A model generated the notes under the pieces. The model was not told where the DNA came from. It was given only the letters and a program-made list of their open reading frames with translations, and searched no databases. A stretch of DNA of 64,000 nucleotides from Selaginella moellendorffii (lineage: Eukaryota; Plantae; Lycopodiophyta), in the NCBI RefSeq assembly GCF_000143415.4, contig NW_003314282.1, positions 1,507,374 to 1,571,373 on the forward strand, given 5' to 3'. The position numbers and the translations under genes are program-made. The number at the start of each line of letters is the position of its first letter. The stretch's first letter is position 1. This document shows positions 48,201-60,883 of this stretch, piece by piece.

Positions 48201-50800
48201 TCAAACCAGGCTGAGTATGCTCAACAAAAAACACATTACCTTATGTTTATCCAATCTAAGTGCATGTTCATTGACCAGTTTCTCAACTAGTTCAAGTGGG
48301 AATTGATAACGGGTCTAGCAATACCAACCTCCTGCCATCATGGCAGTAAGGTAAGAGTGTCCGTAAAGACTAGCCGACAAGTAACTTTCAATACCCGAAG
48401 TCACATTTGCGACAAACATGAAGGTAATACCCTATGTATGAGATCTACGAACATGGATAGGCATAAATTAAATAAATATTTGAATTCAATCATACAACAA
48501 TAAGCTGATTAATACGTATAGCCAAAAGCTCTAAGCATGCCTTGAAGAGGCTAGTTATGTATGACTAGCCTCTAAAGACCATAAAATAAACTCATATGGT
48601 ACATAAGCTTCTAATAAACAAATCTATAATATGGGTACTAACACTTCAACCTCAAATAATTAAATTAGACATCACCATCCTCAATTAAGGCACAAGGCGA
48701 AGTCAGAGTCAGTGAGAGCTCACTACTCTTATAGAGTTTATGAAATGCAAGGTGCAATCTACCACTAAGCATAATACTATAGAAGAAAGACACAAGGGTC
48801 ACCTTTCTAAAAAAGCATAACAGCTAGTTTTCATGCACTAACTCTAGACTCTATCCAACTCATTTGTCTTAGCCCCAAAAGCTAGCATCCTTTTTGGGTC
48901 GTATCATACAAACTATATACTATAGTTTAAGTCAACTGAAGTCAACTTCAACCCTTTCACTAGTTTGTACTATCTTATGAAAATTGAAATGGTTTTTGGG
49001 TAAAATAATTAACAGATCAACTATTGGAAAAGTTTAAGAAAATTTATAGAAATTTTTCATTCTAGAGAAAGAATAACTCTTAGTCTAGGAATACAAACTT
49101 TCAAGACTTAACCAACTTCTTCCTACCTACAATTTCACATAGGTTCACATCAACATAAATTCTTATAACCCAATAGTATGACTAAGCATTGCACACCATG
49201 CCCATGTTTTTTACATCCAATATTGACATTCATAAAATACAAATAAATACCCAAGACTTAATCACGAAAATCATATCGTCAGATATCCACATTGCACTAA
49301 CATTTTTCTTCAATCACCTTTAAGATCCAATATGAAACCAAAACATTAACAAGAAAAATAACATGAAAAATCAAACTCTAAAAAAAAAAAAGAACTCCTC
49401 ATCACTCAAAACAACAATGCCATCTCCACTAGCACAAGTGCTAGTAATGTTAATACCTCACTTTACACCTTCTCCATCCAACAATTTATTCCAAGTGCTA
49501 ACAGATTTACCAACAAGCTATAGCAAATAAATGCCATAACCATTTCCAAAAACTCTCAAGAACCAAAATACCAATTTAAGCTTAGTATAAAATAGATCAC
49601 TATTGGAATCTTACTACAATGCTATTATATGCAAGTAAACTAGTTTCACTATCAACCACTTTAGGGTTGATCATTATTTAACTAAGAAACTTTGTAAATA
49701 CATTACTCGTTATCATATGGATATGATATAAGTATCACAATGACTTGATCATCAATTGAGCAATACTACGAGTAACACCTATATCATTACTTCAAAGGTT
49801 TATATGAGTATCAAATGTCAACTTGATTCAACAAGATGCAACATAAATGCCACACCCCACCAATAGAGATTTACAACACTCATCACCACTAACTTTGTTC
49901 ACAACATAGACAAGCTCATGCCACTCTTTTTCTGACCAAACTCAAAACTAATCTTATACCAAACTATTCAAAGAGCAATAGCAAGGTTCTCTAGAAAAGA
50001 AATGAGCATTGTAACTTAAATCTTCAATAACAAGCCTAGATAAAATGATTCAGCACTCCACCGCTATCCATCCCACAAATCACCACTTGTAAAACTATCA
50101 TAACTAATATGTATCAAGGTAGAGACTTTTGATTGTATGATGTGAACATGAGCAATAAGTTAACACTTCATTGCAAATCACCTCTCTAAGTAGAAAAAAT
50201 GATATATATATTTAATTCTTCATCCCTAATAACTTTCTTTTTGGTCTCATCTTTGACCAAACCTCAAGCTTGCATTCACATTGCCTTCAGTCTAATCCAG
50301 AAAAAATTTGTGAGAGAGTATGGTAATGACTACTTGAACCAATAGACTAATCCTTACAGTCTTGATTAATTTATTTATAATCATGCCTATGAAGGATTCA
50401 CTAGTGTCGTGCTAAAAAGCTATAAATCAACCTATTTGCCACTTATAACAAACCCAATGAAAGTTTATTTTTACCCACAGTACATAGTTCAACTTATGGT
50501 AACCACCAATAAGCTAACATTAACCTTGGCAACACAAAATATAACCTTAAATTGCTATTGTGCTTTATATATGAGCTCAAATGCAAACTTATACATATAG
50601 TACATCTCAATCCATCCTATAAGCCCATGTACAAGCTCACACAATATGGTACAAAAAGGTAATTAAATTCCACACTCAAGGAATGAATATGAAGTTATAA
50701 CACTTAAACAACTTAAATATGTACCCATTTGGATTATTATTTCATCTTTATATATACAATGAGATTAGTTGCCCAATCTCATTGGATAGTATTCGTTGAG
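45230..50800 (+). mobile_element. Highly decayed, A-rich retroelement internal sequence (possible gypsy pol traces), interrupted by solo LTR B
   Basis: Strong A-skew and only weak RT-like traces (~46250 HKFCMN, ~46510 YIFSLNL). No ORF. Confidence 0.3.
47297..48414. mobile_element. Solo LTR, family B (1.12 kb)
   Basis: TG...CA termini, perfect TSD AACAT, homologous to 20746-21876. Confidence 0.9.
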
Positions 50801-52692
50801 ACTCATTCTTTGGTATCACATGTAGCACACCTCTCTCCCTTTAAATCAATTAGAAAAGGGGTAATTGCTTGGTGAGAGAGCATTTAGTGGTTATTTTATC
50901 CCCTATTTATTCCCTAAAGTTCTAAGGATCCACAGTGACAGTATATTTAAATTTCATCCCATGGTTATATATGTTATATTGTTGGACTTTTACTTTGGCC
51001 ACTGCCACATAGTACACCTTTAGCTCCACTTTGGGATTTAGGGATTTATGTTTTACAATAGATACTCTACCAACTAACATCATATATAGTTTACGATTAG
51101 ACCCAAGCTAAACACAAAATAAAATTAAATACATAATATGGGAAGCTAGATAATGTCTCAAGTGGTTATTCATACATTTGACTTGAAACCCCTTATATAC
51201 CTTATATGAAAGTTTGCTTTAGATTTTCACCCTAGTCCATTATAAATAGTCTTTGGGATAAGCTTAAAAACTTATTAAGTATGCAATAGTGCTAAATTGT
51301 GAATCTAAATGTAAGAATAAGAAGTGTTTAAGACACTCTCTACATCTCTTAATTATATCTGACTAACAATTCAAAACACATTCTATGGGGCATGATAGTA
51401 AGAGTGTCAAGCAAACATAATAAGTTATTACTTAGTGAATGTTGACTTAATATTGTAACACTAGTAAGTGCAAGTCAAGTTTAAGCAGAGATTAATAAAT
51501 GTTTCAACAGTACTAATCTTTTGTTGACCTAACAGTAAGAGGAGAATATCTAAAAAGACTATTTATCAAGTAATTTTTGATATCCCATAATCATATTTGT
51601 GATAGTAGGATTATATTGTTTTGAAAAATAATTATGACTTATTTTTCTCTCCAAATTGCATAGCTTAATATGGTTGCAAAGAGAGGGGCAAGTTAGAGAT
51701 GTATTTAAATAGGATGAGCTGTAGAAATAATATCAATTGGATTGCTATAATTAAAAAAATGCCCAGAATTGTTTGTTGTACCATATTCCAACTTTTGAGA
51801 GCTCCTTAAGATTGCTGACTCTTAGAGCTCTCCACTTTAGTAAAGGAGAGGCATGTATGGTGACCAAATGTATGGTGACCACATTTGTGGGATAATATTT
51901 GCAAGATTTTATTAGATCTGCCCTCCATCTCAAGCTTGTGGTATTCCACATGGAATTTGATGGCACCTTATCTGCAAAAACATTTTTTATAACTGTTCTA
52001 ATTTATCTAATTTATAAATATTTATAATATAGCTAATTATAATATCATAATATGTTATTACATATTNNNNNNNNNNNNNNNNNNNNNNNNNNNNNNNNNN
52101 NNNNNNNNNNNNNNNNNNNNNNNNNNNNNNNNNNNNNNNNNNNNNNNNNNNNNNNNNNNNNNNNNNNNNNNNNNNNNNNNNNNNNNNNNNNNNNNNNNNN
52201 NNNNNNNNNNNNNNNNNNNNNNNNNNNNNNNNNNNNNNNNNNNNNNNNNNNNNNNNNNNNNNNNNNNNNNNNNNNNNNNNNNNNNNNNNNNNNNNNNNNN
52301 NNNNNNNNNNNNNNNNNNNNNNNNNNNNNNNNNNNNNNNNNNNNNNNNNNNNNNNNNNNNNNNNNNNNNNNNNNNNNNNNNNNNNNNNNNNNNNNNNNNN
52401 NNNNNNNNNNNNNNNNNNNNNNNNNNNNNNNNNNNNNNNNNNNNNNNNNNNNNNNNNNNNNNNNNNNNNNNNNNNNNNNNNNNNNNNNNNNNNNNNNNNN
52501 NNNNNNNNNNNNNNNNNNNNNNNNNNNNNNNNNNNNNNNNNNNNNNNNNNNNNNNNNNNNNNNNNNNNNNNNNNNNNNNNNNNNNNNNNNNNNNNNNNNN
52601 NNNNNNNNNNNNNNNNNNNNNNNNNNNNNNNNNNNNNNNNNNNNNNNNNNNNNNNNNNNNNNNNNNNNNNNNNNNNNNNNNNNNNNNNNNNN

Positions 52693-53833
52693 AACTAGGT
52701 CATTTGTCCATGAGTGGTCATCTTAGGGCTACACCTTAGCATACTTAAGATGTTTAGAGATATGGAGAACACCCCTTCCCCAATGTTTCTTCTTTAGTCT
52801 CCATCAAATCCCTTTCTCTTTAGCTGTGCTCACCAACACTGCCATTGGGTTAGGGCCCGAAGGCTTGACCACTAAGTCCCATTGACCTCTGGGACTTCCT
52901 TACCATGTGACTGTATCTTTGGTCACTACACAATAAGACTACTTTTCTTCCTTTTTACAATTTAGGACTTTGAGATGATATTTTGAAACACCATAGCCCT
53001 ACGCAAGCCCTTATGTGCCCTAGCCATGTGGCTAGAGTGAGGTTTCGATGAGCTAGTGTAAGTAGGTAGTGCCACCCACACTTGGATTGGGAGTATTGAC
53101 TATTCAATCTCCCGAAGGAGCTAAAGTTAGCTCTTGAACACTTCACCAAGTTACCTCATTTGTTTGTTTATGTTCACTTTAGCCTTAAACTCCTCAATGG
53201 TTATATCATCACTCACCACATAGGTATAACTTTCCTTGGTCACAATCACCTTTCCTAGCCAAATTGGTGTTCCACTAGAGTCCTCCCCCTCCTATCCTTT
53301 TAGAGCTCACCAAACCCCCCCAAGGTCTAGTGAGCTCGATCAGTTTGGGTTTTCACCCTCAAACTCAATCTCGGTTTTGGTCCTAGTCTCAATCTTGATC
53401 TCAACCCCGGTCTTAGTCCTAGTCTCGGTCTTGGTCTTGGTTCTGATCTCAGTCCCCATCTCAGTCCCCATCTCAGACTTCATCTCAAACTCCATTTCAG
53501 ACTCCATCTCAGACTCTATCTTGGACTCTTTCTCGGACTCCATCTCAGACTCTTTCTCAAATGCCATTTCGGAGTCTTTTTAGAATTTGATCCTGACAGT
53601 TCCATATGTCACAACACTTGTTATGTGTCAGTCCTTCTTGTGTTCTTTTTTAGAGACTCATTCACTGATTGTTTTGTGCTTATTCCTTAAGCACTTTATT
53701 CAAAATTCCATTCCCACTCTTGACTTTCCGAGTTGAAGCTTATAATATGTTATGCTTGTTAGACTTCCATTTTGACTACTACCATATGGCACCCTTTTGG
53801 CTCCACTTTGGGGCATAGGGATTTATGTCTCAA
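52693..53833 (-). mobile_element. Old, partial family A LTR in reverse orientation
   Basis: Reverse complement of ~54847-56260, including a degenerate GAGATGGAGTCC array. Confidence 0.8.
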
Positions 53834-54846
53834 AAAAATCTTGCAAGCAAGGGGATTATAAATTGGTTTCTAATGATGCTTGCATGAAATATAAATAGTA
53901 AATTGTTAGATAGATTGAATCACACATACTTACTAATGACTTTCAAAAATGAGCTAGAATAATACATTCAAAAGAAGATTGTCTTGTAGGTATCTATACA
54001 GAAAAGATTACTTCGAAAAGCATTAGCACTAAGCTTACATTTTAAAACATTATATTTACAAGCTTATATATTGCTATACAATCCATTGATAATTCAAGGA
54101 GATTTTCTATTCTTTTTTCCCTAAAAATAACAATAAACCAAAAGCTCATATGTAAACTTCTTGAATTTGGACTTCCTAAGAGGTCATCCAACCCAATAAT
54201 ATTCAAACCTGATGCTCTGATACCAATAAAACAAACAAGGGAGCAAACCCTATGCCAACCTTAATCAATTGAAAAATAGAATGCATAAGTTTTTATTTGA
54301 ACCTTATATAGATAATTTCTTGAGTCATTTTTTTTTTATTGTTTACAATCCACCACATTCATTGCAAATTCACGCCCTCGTGAACATAATCTAAGAGCCA
54401 TAACTCTCTTGAGAGCTCTACACTTTTGACACCCTACCCCTCAGGTCAAGCTTAACCAAAGGCAAAATACCAAATGTCAATAAACCAAAAGCTTATATGT
54501 AAACTTCTTGAATTTAGACTTCCTAAGAGGTCATCCAACCCAATAATATTCAAACCTAATGCTCCAATACCAATAAAACGAACAAGGGAGCAAACCCTAT
54601 GCCAACCTTAATCAATTAAAAAATAGAATGTATAAGTTTTTATTTAAACCTTATATAGATAATTTCTTAAGTCATTTTTTTTGTTGCTTACAATCCACCA
54701 CATCCCTTGCAAATTTGCGCCCTCATGAACATAATCTAAGAGCCATAACTCTCCTGAGAGTTCTACACTTTTGACACCCTACCCCTCAAGTCAAGCCTAA
54801 CCAAAGGCAAATAGACTTACCAAATGTCAATAAACCAAAAGCTTAT

Positions 54847-56569
54847 TGTGAGACACAAAATCCCTAGGCCCCAAAGTGGAGCTGGAAGGGTGCCACGTGG
54901 TAGTGGCCGAAGCGAAAACCAAACGAGCGTAACACGTTGGGACTAAAAGCTCCGACTTGAAAGGTCGAGAGCGGGAGTGGAACTCCCAACAAAGTGCTCG
55001 AGGAATGAGCACGAAGCAAGCCATAAGCGAGGCTCTAAAAAGGGACCCGAAAGGACCAACACATGACACGTGGAAGTGTCCGAGGCGGACCCAAGATGGA
55101 GTCCGAGATGGACCCGAAGTGGAGTCCGAGATGGAGTCCGAGATGGACCCGAAATAGAGTCCGATATAGAGTCCGAGATGGAGTCCGAGGTGGACCCGAG
55201 ATGGACCCGAGATGGAGTCCGAGATGGAGTCCGAGATGGGACCCGAGATGGAGTCCGAGATGGGACCCGAGATGGAGTCCGAGATGGACCCGAGATGGAG
55301 TCCGAGATGGACCCGAGATGGAGTCCGAGATGGAGTCTGAGATGGGACCCGAGATGGAGTCCGAGATGGGACCCGAGATGGAGTCCGAGATGGACCCGAG
55401 ATGGAGTCCGAGATGGACCCGAGATGGAGTCCGAAGTCGAGACCGAGACCGAGACCGAGATCGGGACCGAGACCGAGACCGAGACCGAGATCGGGACCGG
55501 GACCGAGGCCGAGGCCGAGTCCGAGTCCGAGTTCGAGTTCGAGTCCGAGTCCGAGTCCGAGTTCGAGTCTGAGAGGGTGAAAGCCCAAAGCGTTCGTCTC
55601 CCAGACCCTGGGGGGTTTGGTGAGCTCCAAAAGTATAGTAGGGGGGAGGACTGCAGTGGAGCCAGTTTGGCCAGGAAAGGCCAATTTGGCCCAGGAAGGC
55701 CGGACCCAGTGTTGGGTGATGAGATGCCCACTGTGAAGTCCAAGACTAGAGTGAACACGGACCGACAAGCGGGGTAGCTTGGTGAAGTGTTCAAGAGCCG
55801 GCTCTAGTTCCCCCGGGAGATCGACTGGCCGATGCTCCCAGTCCAAATGTGGGTGGCACTACCTACTTGGATACCTGGTGTGGCTCAACGGAACCCCGCT
55901 CTAAGCCCATGGCTAGAGCACCCAAGGGCAGAAGGCGAGGAGAGTACCTAGGTGGCTCGCGTAAGGCCACGGTGTTCCGAAATGTTGTCCCAAAGACCCA
56001 GACTGTGGAAAGGAAGTGGAGCAATCCTCTGGGGTAGTGACCAAAGACACAGTCGTGTGGTGAGGAAGTCCCAGAGGACCGTGGGACTTAGTGGTCGGGC
56101 CTGTGGGTCTCGATCCAGTGGCAGTGTTGGCAAACACGGCCAGGGGCAGAAAGGGACTTAGTGGGGATTGACAGAGGGATATTGGGGAAGGCTATTCCCC
56201 TTGTCGGTGGGCATCCTAAGAATGCTAAGGAGTGGATCTGAGATGACCACTCACAGATGGTTTGCCTAGTCTTGGATAGCCAAGACTGTGATGCAAGTGG
56301 TATTGGACTACCAGTGTGGCAAAGGTGATTGGGCATGGCCTTAGCGTAACGGGCTGCTATGTCGGTGGTACCTTTGAGTGTCGGTCATGGGATCGGACAC
56401 GTGGAGCACTTGGACCAAGTGCAAATGTTGAGTGGCATGGATGCCATTCTCAGGGCTAGCAAGTCCCAAGTCCTGGATTGGACTTATGGAGGTTGTGAGT
56501 AAGACTCCTCCAAGTGGTCGGAGGTGTGGTTAAGTGACTAAAGTAGAATGGAAAATTTAGTCGCTTACA
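54847..56569 (+). mobile_element. Young solo LTR, family A (1723 bp), with an internal 11/12-mer and 6-mer minisatellite
   Basis: TG...CA termini and perfect TSD CTTAT (54842-54846 and 56570-56574). The empty site gcttatatgtaaac is present in neighbouring array units. CpG-rich. Confidence 0.95.
55085..55572 (+). repeat. (GAGATGGAGTCC/GAGATGG(G)ACCC)n grading into (GAGACC/GAGTCC)n, a minisatellite within LTR A
   Basis: Directly visible. Degenerate versions occur at 33680-33910, 38580-38815, 42237-42470 and 53360-53580. Confidence 0.9.
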
Positions 56570-57444
56570 CTTATATGTAAACTTCTTGAATTTGGACTTC
56601 CTAAAAGGTCATTCAACCCAATAATATTCAAACCTAATGCTCCGATACCAATAAAACGAACAAGGGAGCAAACCCTATGCTAACCTTAATCAATTGAAAA
56701 ATAGAATATATAAGTTTTTATTTGAACCTTATATAGATAATTTCTTGAGTCATTTTTTTTTGTTGCTTACAATCCACCACATTCATTGCAAATTCACGCC
56801 CTCGTGAACATAATCTAAGAGCCATAACTCTCCTGAGAACTTTACACTTTTGACACCCTACCCCTCAGGTCAAACCTAACCAAAGGCAAAATAAATTTAC
56901 CAGATGTCAATAAACCAAAAGCTTATATGTAAACTTCTTGAATTTGGACTTCCTAAAGAGGTCATCCAACCTAATAATATTCAAAACAAATCCTTAGAAC
57001 CTTGGGGGATAATTAGGGATAAAATAGCCACTTTAAGGGACAAAGATAAAGTATGCTATAAATATTGACTAATGTTTTGGCAGCCAATAGATGGTGGGCT
57101 TGGCTTGTCATGAGAAAAATACAGATGTGATAGCTTTTAGGTCAACTCCATTGCTTGCTCTAGATTACAATATTATGAGCCATTGGGCATGCAACCCATT
57201 AATGATGACAAAGCTTGTTGAAGGCTTAAGCTAAATGTCAATAGTGCTACCTTAGTTGTGATTAAGAATGAAGCTTTGCTATTGAGTGATTCCTTACCAA
57301 CATACCAACATGGGTGTATAAGCTTTGTAAGTCATTTCCTTTTTATTCATTTGATTGCTAAATTAATATCTACACTTGATTAGAAACTTTCTTCTTTTGG
57401 AAGTGATTTCACTAGAGATTAGAAAGCTTAACAAACTATAAAGA

Positions 57445-57943
57445 CTAAGCAACCAAAGAAAAAAATTTAATATATGATCAATAAAGGTTCAAATATAGAG
57501 GGAAAGGGCTTATGAATAAAAATGTATTATTTTTTTCAATTGGTTAAAGTCTTGGGATATTTAGAGTTAAATATTCTTAGATTTGAGTAGTATTAGGTTG
57601 GGTGTTTTTCCAAGAAGTTCAAATTTAGGAGTTTATATTTGACATTAGTGCAATCTCAAGTCCAACTTGTTGGTTAACTAGAGGAATCACACTATATGTT
57701 GAGATTGACATCTAATAAATCTATTTTGCCTTTGGTTAGACTTGACCTGAGGGGTAGGATGTCAAAAGTGTAGAGCTCTCAAGAGAGTTATAGCTTTTAA
57801 ATTATGTTCATGAGGGCATGAATTTGCAAGGAATGTGGTGGATTGTAAGCAACAAAAAAAAAATGACTCAAAAAATGATCTATATAAGGTTCAAATAAAA
57901 ACTTATACATTCTATTTTTCAATTGATTAAGGTTGGCATAGGC
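57445..57943 (+). mobile_element. Cassandra-like TRIM copy 5 (LTR1 ~57445-57637; LTR2 from 57844, truncated, of the array-variant type)
   Basis: LTR1 has the 5S-like segment. 57705-57943 is an inverted match of array unit 56672-56910, including aaggttggcatagg. Confidence 0.8.
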
Positions 57944-59745
57944 CACAGTGATAACATATTTAAATTTTATCCCATGATTACATATGCTACACTCACCCCT
58001 CTTTAGATATGCTAATGTCCTCATTGATTATTGACTAACAACCCTTACTGAACCAAGAAGAATCAACACCTCCATTTCCACATTAAATCTACCAATCTTT
58101 CTGTTATATAAACTAGTTATTCTATATAAAGTAATTAGTCATCCACCCATACCAACCCCATAATCGGTGCTTTTGTCCATACAAGATAAAGGACGTACTT
58201 ATGAATGTCTAATATGTATGATTTCAATTTTAGAGGTAAGAATATACTTTGCTTAAAAGTATATTATATTTTAAATAGCCACTAATCAATAAAAATTGAA
58301 CTTGTGCCATTTTTTCTAACATATAATGCACCCTATCTCTTTCCTCTTAAGCTAATTGCAAAAGGGACAATTATTTAATGATCCCATAATCACATGCATT
58401 ATACTATTTTCTAAATGCATCTCTTTTGACACTAGCCTAAACTTGAGATCTAACAGCTATGGGAGGTTAAGCTCTATAGAATGCTGCAAACTAGACTTAA
58501 ATTCAAAATCCTATTATAAATAAAGACTTTCTAGTTTAGATTAGTTAGAATTTAGGAAAAATGGCCTATACATTAGTCATGATGGCAGTGAGAGAAATCT
58601 TTAACACCTACTACAAGCAACTCAAAGCCTTTTCAAAGACATAAGTAACTGCCTTTGATGATACTCAAGAAGGCGTGAGCTGCTGTTGTGTGTGAGGAGT
58701 TGCTATGGCAAATTGCTTGACATCTTCCATAGTTGTGGTGGCACTCTAGGGATTGATAAGTGGGAGCAAAGCATTGTTGTACATCCACTACTGACCTTAT
58801 GCTTGCTACAGACTTGGTCGAGGCCGAAGAGGAAGGCAAGGTGTGGTACCTAACAGACTAGAAGATTGATGGTTATTGAAGCCTATCTTGCAAGATCATT
58901 ATAACAACCTAATCAGACCCATAAAATTATGGCAAGATGATGGGATGAGGCTTTTCATCCCAACTTAGTCTCAATAAGAAATCCACATGCTTAACAATTG
59001 GGAGTTCAAGCATCCAAAGACTGAAGTGGACAAGAGGTTTGACAAGTGGGGAGGTTTACTAAGGTATGTTTTATTTAAGATAGACATACATGCAAAGAAT
59101 GGAATCCCTTACAATGCTTTAGAAGTGTTTCTAGCATGGTAGTTCTTTTAGTTAGCCTTTAAATCTTTCTTTTTTTATGTTTTCATGTCAAGACTTATTA
59201 TATATTAAACATAGTTTTAATATTTACCATTGGTTCATGAGTTTTATATAGTTTTTTAAAGCTTTAAGCTAGATGATTTTAGGGAAATCAATAGTGTGCT
59301 TTAGTATGATTTTAGGGAAAGAGAATGCTGCTATTGGGAGCGTCAGCACTCAAGGATTCCAAAGCCAGTTCTACAACACCTTTGTGGATCCACATTATTT
59401 TAGTCAAATAGTCAAAGTAACAAAATCATAATCAATTTAGGCAATTTCACTAGTTCCTAACCTTCTATTTTGTTAAGATCATTTGCCCAAGTTTGCCTGG
59501 GCTGATAGTGATAATTCTGTCTGCTCTACTCGGAAGTGCAGACGCCAGGCAAAGCCCACCCTAGCAGACGCCAGCCCTGCAGGGACGCAAAGCCTACCCT
59601 AGCAGAGACTTCTACAGGGGTTCAGCAGATTTACCTGTAGTGCTCGAGAAAAAGATAGCTTTCTTGGATATCTATATCCATTGCATTAGTTAGTCGTTTT
59701 AGGAGGGAAATATTCTTAGAATATTTGAGCTGATGAACAAAAATT

Positions 59746-60883
59746 TCAGCATTCTGGCAATGGTTTTGGATACCTCATTTTATCGTTGCAATACGAGTAA
59801 CTCAAAAACTTGCGCCTCACCCAAGCTAGCCTCGACTTTTGTGTGCCGCTCAAACCTTGTTTGCCAAATTCTCCTTCACTGATCCTGTAGTTGATGCTAT
59901 AGACTGACGAGTCCCTAAAAAGCTTGAGGCCGGTGAAACTTGCAACAAATGGTGCTCGATTGTAATCGACAGGAAACTTTCCACCGGACGTAGCCCAGTT
60001 TGATCCGTCCCAAATAGTTGCGAGCACAGACATGGGTTTGCACGGGTAATCTTCGGCCTCCTTGGTCTTTATCATCTGCCGGATTGGAACATCATCCACG
60101 AAGAACCTGAAACCTCTTCAAGAGTAAGTTCTGACTTTCCTTGGATTATTTATATACCATAAGAGAGATTTGAAGAACTTACACGATGTGATGTTGGTTC
60201 CAGAACACGCTGTAGCGATGAAACTCCAGCGATGGATCGAACCAGAGACGTATCCTCTCCTCCCGTCCAGTACGCACGCTTCCATTGCCGTAAACATTGG
60301 TCTGGAGGACGTACGGCATGCCCGGGACGACGCCCAGAAACTCAAAGTCGATCTCGTCGTGCCTATCCGGAAACTTGTCCGAATTCGATGCCTGGAAAGA
60401 GTACGAAACTTGAAAACTTTGGTTTTCTTCTTCTTTTTCTATGTTACTTGTCACTTACGTAGAATGCTGTCACGACCCCGGCCGTGTAGTTTGACGGGAG
60501 CTTGATGGACGCGCTGAAGAATCCGCCCTGGAAGGCCTCTTTGGACTTAAATCCCGATCCTGCAAGTTGAAATTCTCAGAAAAACTCTCTAGAAGCTTGA
60601 TATCCAATTCCAGGGTTCTACCTGAGTGTCGATCCAACACGAGCTGGATGCTTTTTCCATCTTCCAGCTCGTTGGCGTTGCTGTGGCCCCAAAGAATTGA
60701 GTACGCGTCCCGGAATGGGACGGCCTCCTGGAACTCCACCAACAAAGATTGATCGATCGCCGCAGCATTGGGAGGATTTTTGGATCTCGATCCAGTCGCA
60801 GGCGTGAAGAGCAGTGTGAGAACACTTGCGAGGATTGCGAGAAGAGCAAAGGCCTCCTCGTTGGAGCTCCCAATTCTTGCCAT
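59746..60883 (-). CDS. XTH: Xyloglucan endotransglucosylase/hydrolase, group III (GH16). Exons 60883-60622, 60559-60459, 60391-60183, 60106-59746
   Basis: Signal peptide, [16 protein letters not shown], catalytic [18 protein letters not shown]...[23 protein letters not shown] and C-terminal YSYC...PEC. GT-AG introns at the typical XTH positions. Confidence 0.95.

Larger units (their letters stand above)
54131..56984 (-). repeat. Tandem array (~350-bp period, 3 units plus a partial) of a rearranged Cassandra-like TRIM, interrupted by solo LTR A
   Basis: Units start at 54131, 54478, 54828 and 56908. Each unit is the reverse complement of LTR + internal domain. gctctgatacca (PBS complement) at 54214-54225 lies inside the LTR. 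Confidence 0.88.

Noticed and set aside
55085-55440. CRISPR-like regular repeats
   Set aside because: There are no unique spacers and no cas genes, and the context is a eukaryotic LTR.
54827-55846. Long ORFs (170-340 aa) in several frames on both strands
   Set aside because: They result from a stop-free minisatellite inside a TSD-bounded solo LTR. The products are low complexity and the frames are not conserved in older copies.
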